From Planctomycetota bacterium (lineage in GTDB: Bacteria > Planctomycetota > UBA1135 > UBA2386), in assembly GCA_046290465.1 (NCBI GenBank), contig JBKAGP010000001.1, positions 5,728,001 to 5,792,000 of the forward strand: a DNA stretch of 64,000 nt. Direction: 5' to 3'. Each line of letters begins with the position of its first letter. Within the stretch, counting starts at the first letter, position 1. This document shows, one piece after another, positions 50,624 through 60,330 of this stretch. The position numbers were made by a program, and so were the translations under genes. Under the pieces are notes generated by a model. That model did not search any database and was not told the origin of the DNA. It saw nothing but the letters and a program-made list of their open reading frames with translations.

Positions 50624-51661
50624 GTGCGTGTCTCGGAGTTCGCGTTCGACCTGCCGCAAGAACTGATCGCCGATCGCTCGGTGGAACCGCGCGATCAGGC
50701 GCGCCTGTTCGTGCACGACCGGGGCCGCGGGCAGAGCCAGCATCGGGTCGTCGCCGACCTGCCGGAGCTGCTCGCGCCCGGCGACCTGCTCGTGCTCAAC
50801 GACACGCGGGTGCGGCCGTGGCGCCTGCGCGGCCGCCGCGAGACCGGCGGCGCGGTCGAGTGCCTGCTGCTGCGGCTCGATGGTGAGGTCGGCGAGGCGT
50901 TCGTCAAGCCGTCCAAGAAGCTGAAGGTCGGCGACGAACTGCCGATGGAGGACGGCAGCGTCACGGTCGAACTGCTGCAGGCGTTGGGCGGTGGTCGCTG
51001 GCAGCTGCGCGTGCGGGCCCGCGGCGGCGACGTGGTCGGCGCGCTCGAGCGCTGCGGCCGGGCACCGCTGCCGCCATACGTCGAGCGTCCCGCCGACGAG
51101 GACGTCGCCGGCGATCGCGCGCGCTACCAGACGATGTTCGCCAGCAAGCCCGGCGCGGTCGCCGCGCCGACCGCGGGGCTGCACTTCACCGAGTCGCTGT
51201 TCGAACGGCTCGCGCAGCGCGGCGTCGAACGCGCGTTCGTGACGCTGCACGTCGGCGAGGGCACGTTTGCGCCGATGCGCAGCGAGGTCGTCGAGGAGCA
51301 CCGCATGCACGAGGAGGTCTACGAACTGCCGCCGGAGACCGCCGCCGCGGTGCAGCGCACGCGGGAGCGCGGCGGTCGCGTCGTGGCCGTCGGGACCACC
51401 AGTTGCCGGACGCTCGAGACCTGCGCCAACGACGACGGCACCGTGACGCCGGGCCGCGGCGTGTCGGACCTGTTCTTGTATCCGGGTCGCAGCTTCCGCT
51501 GCGTCGACGCGCTGCTGACCAACTTCCACCTGCCGGAGTCGACGCTGGTGATGCTGGTGGCGGCGTTCGTCGGCCACCGGGAGACGCTGGCGCTCTACCG
51601 CGAGGCGATCGAACGGCGCTACCGGTTCTACTCGTTCGGCGACGCGATGCTGCTGCTGTGA
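50624..51661 (+). CDS. queA: S-adenosylmethionine:tRNA ribosyltransferase-isomerase
   Basis: FDLPQELIA, LVLNDTRV, PLPPY, YQTMFA...GAVAAPTAGLHF, TNFHLPESTL, YRFYSFGDAML. Confidence 0.97.
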   Translation: MRVSEFAFDLPQELIADRSVEPRDQARLFVHDRGRGQSQHRVVADLPELLAPGDLLVLNDTRVRPWRLRGRRETGGAVECLLLRLDGEVGEAFVKPSKKLKVGDELPMEDGSVTVELLQALGGGRWQLRVRARGGDVVGALERCGRAPLPPYVERPADEDVAGDRARYQTMFASKPGAVAAPTAGLHFTESLFERLAQRGVERAFVTLHVGEGTFAPMRSEVVEEHRMHEEVYELPPETAAAVQRTRERGGRVVAVGTTSCRTLETCANDDGTVTPGRGVSDLFLYPGRSFRCVDALLTNFHLPESTLVMLVAAFVGHRETLALYREAIERRYRFYSFGDAMLLL

Positions 51662-51713
51662 GCGCTGCCGTTGCTGCGGGATCTGGCCGCGAACGCCTCC
51701 GTGCACGAACGCG

Positions 51714-52322
51714 TCAGCGCACGGCGTGCAGCAGTTCGCGAACGGCCGTCGCCGGGTCGTCGTGCTGCAGCACGTAGCTGCTGACGGCGACGCGACGCAC
51801 GCCGGCAATCGCCAGCTGCAGCAGGTTGTCCGGGGTGACGCCGCCGATCGCGAACATCGGCAGCGACAGGTCGTCGCACAGCTCGGCCGCGGCGGCGATG
51901 GCGTCGTGGCCGAGGCCCTCCTGGTAGCCCTTGGTGGCGGTCGCGTGGCACGGGCCGAAGCCGACGTAGTCGGCGCGCGCGGCGTGCGCGGCCTGGATCT
52001 GCTTCAGGTCGTGCGTGCTGACGCCGAGCAGCCGGCCGAACATCAGCTTGCGCGCCGCGTCGGCCGGCATGTCGTCCTGGCCGACGTGCGCGCCGGGACA
52101 CTCGCTGCGCAGCGCCAGCATCACGTCGTCGTTGACGATCAGCGGCACGCTGCGATGGAGGCAACGTTCGCGCACGCGTTCGAAGCGGCTGCGATCGGGC
52201 GCCTTGCTGCGCCACTGCACCAGGTCCACGCCGGCCTCCAGGGCCGCGTCCAGGGTTTCGAGCGGGTCGTGCCGGCACAGCTCCGGCGTGAACAACAGAT
52301 ACAGGCGACCAGGCAGGGGCAT
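51714..52322 (-). CDS. thiE: Thiamine-phosphate synthase
   Basis: VQWRSK, LIVNDD, HVGQDDM, GVSTH, DYVGFGP...TATK, FAIGG. Confidence 0.93.
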   Translation of the reverse strand: MPLPGRLYLLFTPELCRHDPLETLDAALEAGVDLVQWRSKAPDRSRFERVRERCLHRSVPLIVNDDVMLALRSECPGAHVGQDDMPADAARKLMFGRLLGVSTHDLKQIQAAHAARADYVGFGPCHATATKGYQEGLGHDAIAAAAELCDDLSLPMFAIGGVTPDNLLQLAIAGVRRVAVSSYVLQHDDPATAVRELLHAVR

Positions 52323-52373
52323 CGGGGCGGAGCAAACTAGCTCCAGGTCCGGCTTGGGCGTAGTCTTTGGTCC

Positions 52374-53003
52374 GTGTTCGTCGACGCGGTCTGGGCAAAC
52401 GTGCTGGTGTTCGCGGTGGGACAGGCCTTTGCTTGGCTCTACGCGCGCAGCGGCAGGTTCTGGCTCGGTGCCGGTGCGACCGTGACGCTCTGGGTCGCCG
52501 CGGACTGGTGGCTCGTCGGTCGCTACCTGCTCGGCGCGTCGGCCGCGGAACAGGCGCTGCCGGTGGCGATCCTGCAGTTGACCTCGGTCGCGACCACCGG
52601 CGCCTTCCTGTGGGCGCAGGTCCGCCGTCGACAGGGACGCGCGACGCGCGCCGAACGGCACCGTCACGCGATCCAGCGCATGCTCGCCGGGGACCACGAC
52701 GCCGCGGTCGCGACGTTCCGTCAGCTGGTCTGGAGCGACGGCTGGGATGCGGCCGCGTGGGTCGGCCTCGGCGACGCGCTGCGGCGCGCCGGCGACGTCA
52801 CCGCGGCACGCCGCAGCTACGCGCGCGCCGATGCCGTCGACCTCGCCAACGCCTTCGCCGACCTGCTGTCGCATCGCCGCCAGCTGCTCGATCGTCCGCA
52901 GCGGCAGAAGAAAACCGCACCGCCCACTGGCGGGCCCGAGGTCGCAGGCGGCCGGAAGGGGCAGCGGAGAAAGGCCGCTGCCAAGGCCCGATCCGCCGGC
53001 TGA
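52374..53003 (+). CDS. Membrane protein with C-terminal TPR
   Basis: Three TM segments, then AWVGLGDALRRAGDVTAARRSYARA. Confidence 0.7.
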   Translation: MFVDAVWANVLVFAVGQAFAWLYARSGRFWLGAGATVTLWVAADWWLVGRYLLGASAAEQALPVAILQLTSVATTGAFLWAQVRRRQGRATRAERHRHAIQRMLAGDHDAAVATFRQLVWSDGWDAAAWVGLGDALRRAGDVTAARRSYARADAVDLANAFADLLSHRRQLLDRPQRQKKTAPPTGGPEVAGGRKGQRRKAAAKARSAG

Positions 53004-53120
53004 AGGTCGGTTTTTGTCCGGGCGGCGGTGTGGCACGACGCGCCGTCCGCGTTGCCTGGGACAACCGTGACACGCCTGTGACGCGGTGCTGATACCTTTC
53101 TCTGCCCTCCCTCCATCGTC

Positions 53121-54767
53121 ATGCGCTTCGTAGCCCTTCTCGCGTTCTCCGCCTCGCTGGCGGCCCAAGGTCCTGGTGGTGGCGGCGGCGGCCCGCCGCC
53201 GGCCCTGCCGCCCGTACCGGTGCCGGCCCAGAACCCGATCACGCCGGCCAAGGCCGTGCTCGGCAAGCTGCTGTTCTGGGAGGAGCAGCTGTCGTCGAAC
53301 AACCGCGTCGCGTGCGGCACCTGCCACCGCTTCGAGGCCGGCGGCGGCGACCTGCGCCGCAACCTCAACCCCGGCGTCGACGGCGTGCAGAACACGCCGG
53401 ACGACATCTTCGCGTCGCCGGGACTGCGCCGCAGCGACGACGACAACCACTACATCCCGGACCCGCGCTTCGGCTTCAACAACCAGGTCACCGACCGTCA
53501 GTCGCAGTCGTTCGTGACCGCCGCGTGGTTCACCGACCTGTTCTGGGACGGCCGCGCCGACACGACCTTCGTCGACCCGGACACCGGCAGCGTGCTGATC
53601 CCGCAGGGCGGCGGCCTCGAGAGCCAGGCCGTCGGCCCGGTGCTGTCGTCGGTCGAGATGGCGCACGACGTCCGGCTGTGGTCGCAGGTGACGTCGAAGC
53701 TCGCGACTGCGCGGCCGATGGTCCTGGCGAGCAACCTGCCGGCCGACATGGCGGCGGCGATCGCCAACGACGCGACCTACCCCGACCTGTTCCTGGCGGC
53801 GTTCGGCACGCCCGACATCACCGCCGCGCGCATCGGCCTGGCGCTGGCGACCTACCAGCGCACGCTGGTGCCCGACCAGTCGCCGTACGACCAGTTTGCC
53901 GCCGGCAACCCGGCGGCGATGACGCAGCAGCAGCACCAGGGCTTCATGGTCTTCACCGGTCCCGGCCGCTGCGTGATCTGCCACAGCGGCGGCCTGACCG
54001 CGGACGACCAGTTCCACAACCTGGGCCTGCGTCCGATCGCCGAGGACAACGGCCGCCAGAGCGTCACCAACGCCCCGGCCGACGCCGGCCGCTTCAAGAC
54101 GCCGTCGCTGCGCAACGTCGGGCTGCGCAACAGCTTCATGCACAACGGCCAGTTCACGACGCTGGCGCAGGTGGTGGGCTTCTACAACGGCGGCGGCGGC
54201 CCGTTCCCGCAGAACAAGGACCCGCAGCTGATCCCGCTCGGCCTGAGCCCGCAGCAGCAGGCCAACCTGGTCGCGTTCGTGTCGACGGCGCTGACCGACC
54301 CGCGCGTCGCGCAGGGCCTGCCGCCGTTCGACCGGCCGACGCTCTACAGCGAGACGACGCCGAGCCAGGGGCAGCAGGCCGGCGCTCCGACCGCCGGCAG
54401 CGGCAACCAGTTCCCGCTGATGCTCGCCGGCGTGCCGGCCAACCTCGGCAACCCGGAGTTCAAGCTCGGCATGTTCAACGGCCTCGGCGGTGCGCCGGTC
54501 ACGCTCGTGGTCAGCACCGGGCTGGCGTTCGCCAGCGTCAACGGCATCAACGTCAACGTCGACCTCAATGGCAGCGAACTGCTGATCCCCGGCGTGCTGG
54601 GCGGCACGGCCGGCGTCGTCGGGGACGGCTACGGCACGCTCGCGGTCGGGTTGCCGAACGCACCGTTCCTGGCCGGGCTGTCGCTCTACGCGCAGTGGTT
54701 CGTCTGGGATGCGGGCGCGCCCAACGGCGCCGCCTCGACCCGCAGCGCGCGCCTGCAGCTGTTCTAG
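53121..54767 (+). CDS. Di-heme cytochrome c peroxidase/MauG superfamily protein with extra C-terminal domain
   Basis: CGTCH and CVICH heme motifs; LGKLLFW, LFWDGRA, FKTPSLRNV, FMHNG; signal ...SLAA|Q. Confidence 0.92.
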   Translation: MRFVALLAFSASLAAQGPGGGGGGPPPALPPVPVPAQNPITPAKAVLGKLLFWEEQLSSNNRVACGTCHRFEAGGGDLRRNLNPGVDGVQNTPDDIFASPGLRRSDDDNHYIPDPRFGFNNQVTDRQSQSFVTAAWFTDLFWDGRADTTFVDPDTGSVLIPQGGGLESQAVGPVLSSVEMAHDVRLWSQVTSKLATARPMVLASNLPADMAAAIANDATYPDLFLAAFGTPDITAARIGLALATYQRTLVPDQSPYDQFAAGNPAAMTQQQHQGFMVFTGPGRCVICHSGGLTADDQFHNLGLRPIAEDNGRQSVTNAPADAGRFKTPSLRNVGLRNSFMHNGQFTTLAQVVGFYNGGGGPFPQNKDPQLIPLGLSPQQQANLVAFVSTALTDPRVAQGLPPFDRPTLYSETTPSQGQQAGAPTAGSGNQFPLMLAGVPANLGNPEFKLGMFNGLGGAPVTLVVSTGLAFASVNGINVNVDLNGSELLIPGVLGGTAGVVGDGYGTLAVGLPNAPFLAGLSLYAQWFVWDAGAPNGAASTRSARLQLF

Positions 54768-54800
54768 TCCCGCTGCCAGGCCTCTGGCCGCGCCGGTCCG

Positions 54801-55778
54801 TCAGCGGATCAGGCGCGAGTAGCGGTAGTAGGCCTCGAGCGTCAGCGTGCGCAGCGCGGTCGTTTCGACCGAGCTGAAGCCCGGCACCGGCGGCCACATG
54901 TCGGCCGCGTCTGGCGCAAGGTCCTGCGTTCGGACCACGGTCTCGCCGAGCCGCCGCTGCCAGCGCTGCCATGCCTCGCCGCCGAACGGGAACAGCGCGA
55001 ACGAGGTCCAGAACGCCGCTTCCGGCCGCTCGGGGTCGGCCTCGGTCGCCAGCCGCATGGCGAGCTTCTGCAGCTCGGCCTCGGCGTCGTCGCCGAGGCG
55101 CTGCCGCACCAGCAGCAGTGCCGCCCGTTCTCCCGCGGTCGTGGCCGGGTGCGCACCGAACCACGGCAGCAGGTCGGTGGCCGAAGGCGCTTCGACGTCG
55201 AAGCCGAAGTGGCGCGCCGAGTCGCACGCGAGCGCGGCCCAGCAGCTCGCGAGCGGATCCGAAGGCGCGTCGGCCGTCGCGGGCCAGCCGCCGTCGTCGT
55301 TGCGCTGCGCCAGCAGCGCGTCGAGCGCGCGCCCGGCGATGCGGCGCATCGGCCCGCGATACTCCGACACGCCGAACGCCTCGACCAGCGTGTAGGCCGC
55401 GAGCGCCTGCTGCCGGATCGGATCGTCGGCGCTGACGTCGACCGAGCCGTCGTCCTGTTGGCGCTCGCGCAGCCAGCCGACGGCGCGGCGCAGCACGTCG
55501 CGGTCCGGGCCGGCCCGCATCGTGCTGCCGTCGCCGAGCTCGGCCAGCACCGCGAGGCAGGTCTCGCGCAGCCGCGGCTCGCCGTCGTCGTCGGCGAACG
55601 CACCGTCGCTGCGCTGGGTGCGGCGGAACCAGCTGTCCTGCCGCGGGAAGCATCTGTAGATCACGGGCGCCGGCTGGCCCGGTCGCGCTCGCTGCTCCGA
55701 GGTGGCCTGCTGCGGCGGCGGTGGGGGATCCGTCTGGCAGGCGGCCAGCAGTGCCAGCGGGACGAACGGGCGAAGCAT
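54801..55778 (-). CDS. Prenyltransferase/squalene-cyclase-repeat lipoprotein
   Basis: LAAC lipobox; QRSDGAF, WLRERQQDDGS, LLAQRNDDGGW, LTLEAYYRY. Confidence 0.78.
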   Translation of the reverse strand: MLRPFVPLALLAACQTDPPPPPQQATSEQRARPGQPAPVIYRCFPRQDSWFRRTQRSDGAFADDDGEPRLRETCLAVLAELGDGSTMRAGPDRDVLRRAVGWLRERQQDDGSVDVSADDPIRQQALAAYTLVEAFGVSEYRGPMRRIAGRALDALLAQRNDDGGWPATADAPSDPLASCWAALACDSARHFGFDVEAPSATDLLPWFGAHPATTAGERAALLLVRQRLGDDAEAELQKLAMRLATEADPERPEAAFWTSFALFPFGGEAWQRWQRRLGETVVRTQDLAPDAADMWPPVPGFSSVETTALRTLTLEAYYRYSRLIR

Positions 55779-55821
55779 GCGCGCAGCAACGTAGCGCAAG
55801 GCTCTGGGTTCAGCGGCGAAA

Positions 55822-57705
55822 TCAGCCGATCTCGAATGCGCTGCGGTAGCAGCCGTGCGCCTGCAGGTGGTCGACCAGCGCGCACAGGCCCGCGTCGCTG
55901 GCGATCGTCGCGCTGTCGCCGACCACGGTCAGGTGGCGGCGCGCGCGCGTCAGGGCGACGTTGAGGCGGCGCAGCTCGGCGAGGAAGCCGACCTCGCCGC
56001 GGTCGTTGCTGCGCACCAGCGAGACCACACAGGCTTCCTTCTCACGGCCCTGCAGGCCGTCGACGGTGCCGATCTCGAGGTCCGGGTCGGGCAGCCGTTC
56101 GCGCAGGCGCTGCACCTGCGCGTTGTACGGCGTGATCACGGCGACGTCGCGAGCGGCGACGCCCGCATCGAGCAGGTCCTGCACGATGCGCACCACCAGT
56201 TCGGCCTCGCCGGGGTTGTGCCGGGAGGCCTCGTCCTGCTCGGCGGTCTCCTCGTGGCCGCAGCCGGCGGTGTCGACGAAGCACAGCGGCTCGTCGGTCC
56301 ACTCGTTGGTGGTGACGCCGTCGAGGTCGACCAGGCGATGGCTCGCGACCGACGGCGCGGCGGCGAGGCGGCCGTCGTAGAACGTGGCCGACGACCAGCC
56401 CATGATGCGTTCGTGCATGCGGTACTGCACGGTCAGCATGCGGCCGGCGGCGGCGGTGCCCGGCTGCTCGGCGAGCCGTTCGAACAGCGTGCGCGACAGG
56501 CCGTCGCGGTCGGCCTGCGGCGACAGGATCGTCGGCGGCAGCTGGTGGTGGTCGCCGGCGAGCACGACGCGGTCGGCGTGGCGCATCGGGATCCAGCAGG
56601 CCGCCTCGAGCGCCTGCGCCGCCTCGTCGATGATCACGCGGTCGAAGCTGCGCTCGCCGATGCCGGCCTCGGACGCGCCCGTGGTCGTCGCCAGCACGAC
56701 GTCGGCGCCGTCGACGATGCCGCGCGTGATCGCGCGCTCGAGCTGGCGGCGTTCGCCGCGCAGCTGCCGCAGCTGGTCGCGCGCCGCGAACCGCTCTTGG
56801 CGACCGCTGGCCCGCTGCATCGCGCGCAGCGCCTGGTCGAGGTCGCGCCGGTTGTCGCGCAGCACCTTCTGGTCGGGCGAGCCGGCGACCAGCTGCGCCA
56901 GCGAGACGTCGCGCGCGCCCTGCTGCATGCGCGCCGGGTGCCCGAGGCGAACGACGCGCACGCCGGCTGCGGCCAGCCGTTCGGTCAGGTTGTCGACCGC
57001 CACGTTCGACGGCGCGCACGCGAGCAGCCGTTCGCCGGCGGCGACCGCCTGCCGGCACAGTTCGACCAACGCGGTGGTCTTGCCGGTGCCGGGCGGGCCG
57101 TGGATCCGGGCGACACGAGGCGCCGACAGCGCGGCGGCGATCGCGTCGCGCTGCGAGGCGTCGAGGCCGTCGTCGAACCAGGTCGAGATCGGGGCCGGCG
57201 GTTCGGGTTCGTCGTCCCGTTCGCCGAACAGCACGTCGACGAAGCGGGCGCGGCTACGGTCGGGGTCGCGCGCCAGCTGTTGCAGCGCCTGGTCGAGGCG
57301 GCGGTAGGTCACGTCGGTCGAGACGCGGTCGACTCGCACCACCGGCGGCAGGTCGGCTTCGTCGTCCTCGAGCGCGCAGACGACCTCGCCGCGGCGTACC
57401 CGGACGACGACGGCGCCGATCCGTTCGCGGTCGTCGCGGTCCCTGCGCAGCGCGACGACGTCGCCGGGGCCGAAGCGGTGCGGTGGCAGCTCGCCGCCGC
57501 GGGACGGCCTGAGCACGGCGTGCAGTCGGCCGCCGAAGCCGGGCTCGAGATCCTGGATCTCGAGCCGCAGCAGCGTCGCGCCGCGGGCGACCAGTTCGGC
57601 GTCGGTGCAGGTCTGCAGCAGCCGTTCGCTCTCGGCGATCTCGGCGTCGCGCTCGAGCTGTAGCAGCTGGCGGTGGTGGGCGGCGAACTCGGCGCGGGTC
57701 GGCAT
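55822..57705 (-). CDS. IGHMBP2/Upf1-like superfamily 1 helicase
   Basis: IHGPPGTGKT, CAPSNVAVDN, IIDEAAQ, GDHHQLPP, QYRMH, ITPYNAQV, VDGLQGREK, RRLNVALTRAR. Confidence 0.93.
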   Translation of the reverse strand: MPTRAEFAAHHRQLLQLERDAEIAESERLLQTCTDAELVARGATLLRLEIQDLEPGFGGRLHAVLRPSRGGELPPHRFGPGDVVALRRDRDDRERIGAVVVRVRRGEVVCALEDDEADLPPVVRVDRVSTDVTYRRLDQALQQLARDPDRSRARFVDVLFGERDDEPEPPAPISTWFDDGLDASQRDAIAAALSAPRVARIHGPPGTGKTTALVELCRQAVAAGERLLACAPSNVAVDNLTERLAAAGVRVVRLGHPARMQQGARDVSLAQLVAGSPDQKVLRDNRRDLDQALRAMQRASGRQERFAARDQLRQLRGERRQLERAITRGIVDGADVVLATTTGASEAGIGERSFDRVIIDEAAQALEAACWIPMRHADRVVLAGDHHQLPPTILSPQADRDGLSRTLFERLAEQPGTAAAGRMLTVQYRMHERIMGWSSATFYDGRLAAAPSVASHRLVDLDGVTTNEWTDEPLCFVDTAGCGHEETAEQDEASRHNPGEAELVVRIVQDLLDAGVAARDVAVITPYNAQVQRLRERLPDPDLEIGTVDGLQGREKEACVVSLVRSNDRGEVGFLAELRRLNVALTRARRHLTVVGDSATIASDAGLCALVDHLQAHGCYRSAFEIG

Positions 57706-57710
57706 GCGCG

Positions 57711-59576
57711 CTACTGCTTCGTCGGCACCGTGATGGTGACCGGCGTCTCGTCGGCCTGGATGCGGAAGTCGGCCGACTGCGCCTTGCCCGCTCGAAACCG
57801 CGCCTCGTAGCTGATGCCCGGCAGATCGAGGAACGCGCAGTGGAACGTGCCGTTCGCGTCGGTGCGCACGCTGTCGATCCAGCTCCAGTTGAGGCTGTTG
57901 GCGACCGACTCGAGGCCCTTGTCGCGTGCGCCGCCACCCGCCCACGTCGAGCTGTGGCAGTCGAGCCGGGCGCCGACGACCGGCTTGCCGTTCTGGTCGA
58001 CCACCTTGCCGCGCATCGCCGGCATCGGCTGCATGCGCAGTTCGCGGCTCTCGTCGCCGTCGAGGTCGAGATCGAGGTGCACCATGTTGCGCTCGTTGCG
58101 GCCGAACACGAACCACTTGCCGGGCTGCAGCAGCAGCGCGACGCGGCCGGCGCTGTCGGTGGTGGTCGACGTCGTCCACGCGTCGCAGCTGTAGTTGCTG
58201 TCCGCTTCGCGGCTGACGAACAGCAGCTCGACGTCGTTGGCCGGGCCGCCGGTGTCGTCGAGCAGCTGCAGCTGCACGGTCCGCAGGGCGCCGACCGCGA
58301 ACTCGAGCTTCTGTCCGTCGAACTTGCGGATGCTGTGCAGCGCGGCGGCGCGGAACGGCGTGCGGCGCTGCAGCTCGGGTTCGACCAAGGTCGCCGTCAG
58401 CGGGTCTCCGACCAGCACCACGTCGACCTCGTCGACCGCACCCTGCAGCTGCGGCACCCGGAATCGCCCGTCGGCGTCGGTGCGCACCGTGTAGAGCAGG
58501 TTCTCGTTCTGCCAGCCGTTGTGCTTGATGTCCTGGATGCGGATGCCGAGGCGCACGCCGACCCGCTGGCCGGCGAGGCCGCGCTGTTCGTCGAGCATCA
58601 GCCTGCCGACCATCGGTTCGGCCGCGGGCATCGTGAACGTCAGCTCCTTCAGCCCTTCGCGTTCGACCTCCTTGCCGTCGAGGAACGGCTTGTCGGTGAA
58701 GCCGGAGTGGGTCGACTTGTGGCCTTCCTTCTCGGCGACGAACAGCAGCCGGTTCCAGCCGGTGCCCTGGAACGGGTCGCGCGCCGTCGGCACGCGCGCG
58801 GCGAGTCGGCCGTCGGCGTCGGTCGCGCCGAGATCGCGCCAGACGTGGCGCGCCGGCAGCGAGACGCCGTGGTTGGTGTAGCCCGAGTAGCCGCCGTCGA
58901 TGCGTTGCCGGATGCGGGCGCCCGCGACCGGCTTGCCGGCGCCGTCGACCGCGCGCAGCGGCACCTGGTGGGGCGCGCGCACGGTCACGGTGGCGGTGGC
59001 CTGCAACGTGCTGTAGGCGCGGCCACCGAGCGGCTGGCCGTCCTTGTCGACGACCTCGAGGTGGACCCGACCGGCCGGCATCGGCGGCAGCTCGCAGGTC
59101 GCGTCCTCGCCGATCTCCACCTCGCTGCCGGTCAGTTCGACCGAGTGCGGCACCAGCCGCAGCCGGAACGGCCGCAGGTCCTGCCACGCCTCGAGGCCCT
59201 TGATGGTCGCCTTGCAGACCGGCCGCGGCTGGTCGGCGCGCAGTTCGACCAGCCGGCCGCTGGTGGTCCAGGTCGTGCTGCTGCAGACGCGCTGGTCGCC
59301 GTCGGGGCCGATCGCCCAGACCAGGTGCAGCGTGCACGGCCGGATGCTGGCGCGGAAGCGGCCGCGTGCGTCGGTCTTGACGACCTCGTGCGCGGCGGCG
59401 CGGTGGCGGCCGTCGGTGATGTCGGGCAGCACGCAGTGCACCTCGGCGCCTTCGATCGGTTGGCCGTCCGCGTCGACGACCTTGCCGAGCAGCGGGCGCA
59501 GCTGCTGGGCGTGCGCGGTGGCGACGCTGAGCGTCAGCGCGGCGAGCAGGAGCGACGCGGAGGAGGCGGTTGGCAT
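57711..59576 (-). CDS. Exported carboxypeptidase-regulatory-like repeat protein (paralog of 23587..25335)
   Basis: Signal ...TAHA|Q; GKVVDADGQPIEGAEV, TDARGRF, TDADGR, GKVVDQNGKPVVGA. Confidence 0.78.
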   Translation of the reverse strand: MPTASSASLLLAALTLSVATAHAQQLRPLLGKVVDADGQPIEGAEVHCVLPDITDGRHRAAAHEVVKTDARGRFRASIRPCTLHLVWAIGPDGDQRVCSSTTWTTSGRLVELRADQPRPVCKATIKGLEAWQDLRPFRLRLVPHSVELTGSEVEIGEDATCELPPMPAGRVHLEVVDKDGQPLGGRAYSTLQATATVTVRAPHQVPLRAVDGAGKPVAGARIRQRIDGGYSGYTNHGVSLPARHVWRDLGATDADGRLAARVPTARDPFQGTGWNRLLFVAEKEGHKSTHSGFTDKPFLDGKEVEREGLKELTFTMPAAEPMVGRLMLDEQRGLAGQRVGVRLGIRIQDIKHNGWQNENLLYTVRTDADGRFRVPQLQGAVDEVDVVLVGDPLTATLVEPELQRRTPFRAAALHSIRKFDGQKLEFAVGALRTVQLQLLDDTGGPANDVELLFVSREADSNYSCDAWTTSTTTDSAGRVALLLQPGKWFVFGRNERNMVHLDLDLDGDESRELRMQPMPAMRGKVVDQNGKPVVGARLDCHSSTWAGGGARDKGLESVANSLNWSWIDSVRTDANGTFHCAFLDLPGISYEARFRAGKAQSADFRIQADETPVTITVPTKQ

Positions 59577-59889
59577 GGGCGCGATCTTGAGCCGCACCGC
59601 CGATCGCCGCAAGGTCGGCCGGGCAGGATGCCGGATCGATGGGGCGTGCGGGTGTCAGGCCAGGCAAGTGGTTGCAGGCGAAGCCGCGTCGCCACAACCG
59701 GCGCAGTAGCACGGTGAGGATTCTTGCGCCGGCAGTCACGGCCCTTCTTGCGGCTGGTCCGCCGGGCGCTGCGGGTCACACGTCGAAGCGCTGCAGGTCA
59801 CTGTCCCTGCCGAGCGACCGGGGATGCTCGGGGCACAATGGAGCATGGTCGTCGCAGGTAGCCGTCGCCGGACTTGCAGATCCCTGCTA

Positions 59890-60330
59890 GGGATGAGTGC
59901 CAGGTAGCCGCTTGCGCCTGCTTGCCGCGATGGCGCGCGCGTCCGAGCAAATCGGGCATGCCGTGCTCAGCCTGGCCAGCACCTCGGCGTCCAGGCGATC
60001 CGGCTTCCTCGGATGCTGCGAGATCAGCTGCACGCGGCGCGGATGGCTGGTCGAAGCCGCCAACGGCCAGGTGTCGGGCTTCCAGGCTGATTGCGTGCGC
60101 CTCCGCCATGCTGCGAGACCTCCGCCGAGGCCTTCGCGATCGGTCGGACAGGCGCCTTGCTCTGCGACTGCATCCACATCGAGGGGCAGTAGTGAACTCG
60201 GGGTCGCCGGTGTCCAGGCCGATGGTCACGCCGGTGGACCAGTGGACACGCCGAGTCGAGGGGCGGTCGTGCTCCAGTTGATGTTCAGCCTCCATTGTGG
60301 AGAGGCTGCGCAGGAGCGACCGACCCCCTG
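59890..60330 (-). pseudogene. IS110-family transposase remnant (N-terminal DEDD part, frameshifted)
   Basis: VTIGLDTGD (~60229) and HPRRVQLISQHPRKPDRLDAEVLARL (~60040-59965) lie in different frames. Boundaries are approximate. Confidence 0.75.

Noticed and set aside
51714..52373. TPP riboswitch upstream of thiE
   Set aside because: The upstream gap is only ~50 bp before a divergent gene and lacks the CUGAGA...AUACCUG-type core.
53031..53055. Sigma-54 promoter upstream of the peroxidase (TGGCAC)
   Set aside because: The TTGC element is not at the required spacing (TGGCAC-N5-TTGC). It lies much further downstream.
55822..59739. 1305-aa helicase fusion suggested by the ORF track
   Set aside because: The upstream half is an alternative frame of the 57711..59576 gene. 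The helicase plausibly starts at ATG 57705, just after that gene's stop.
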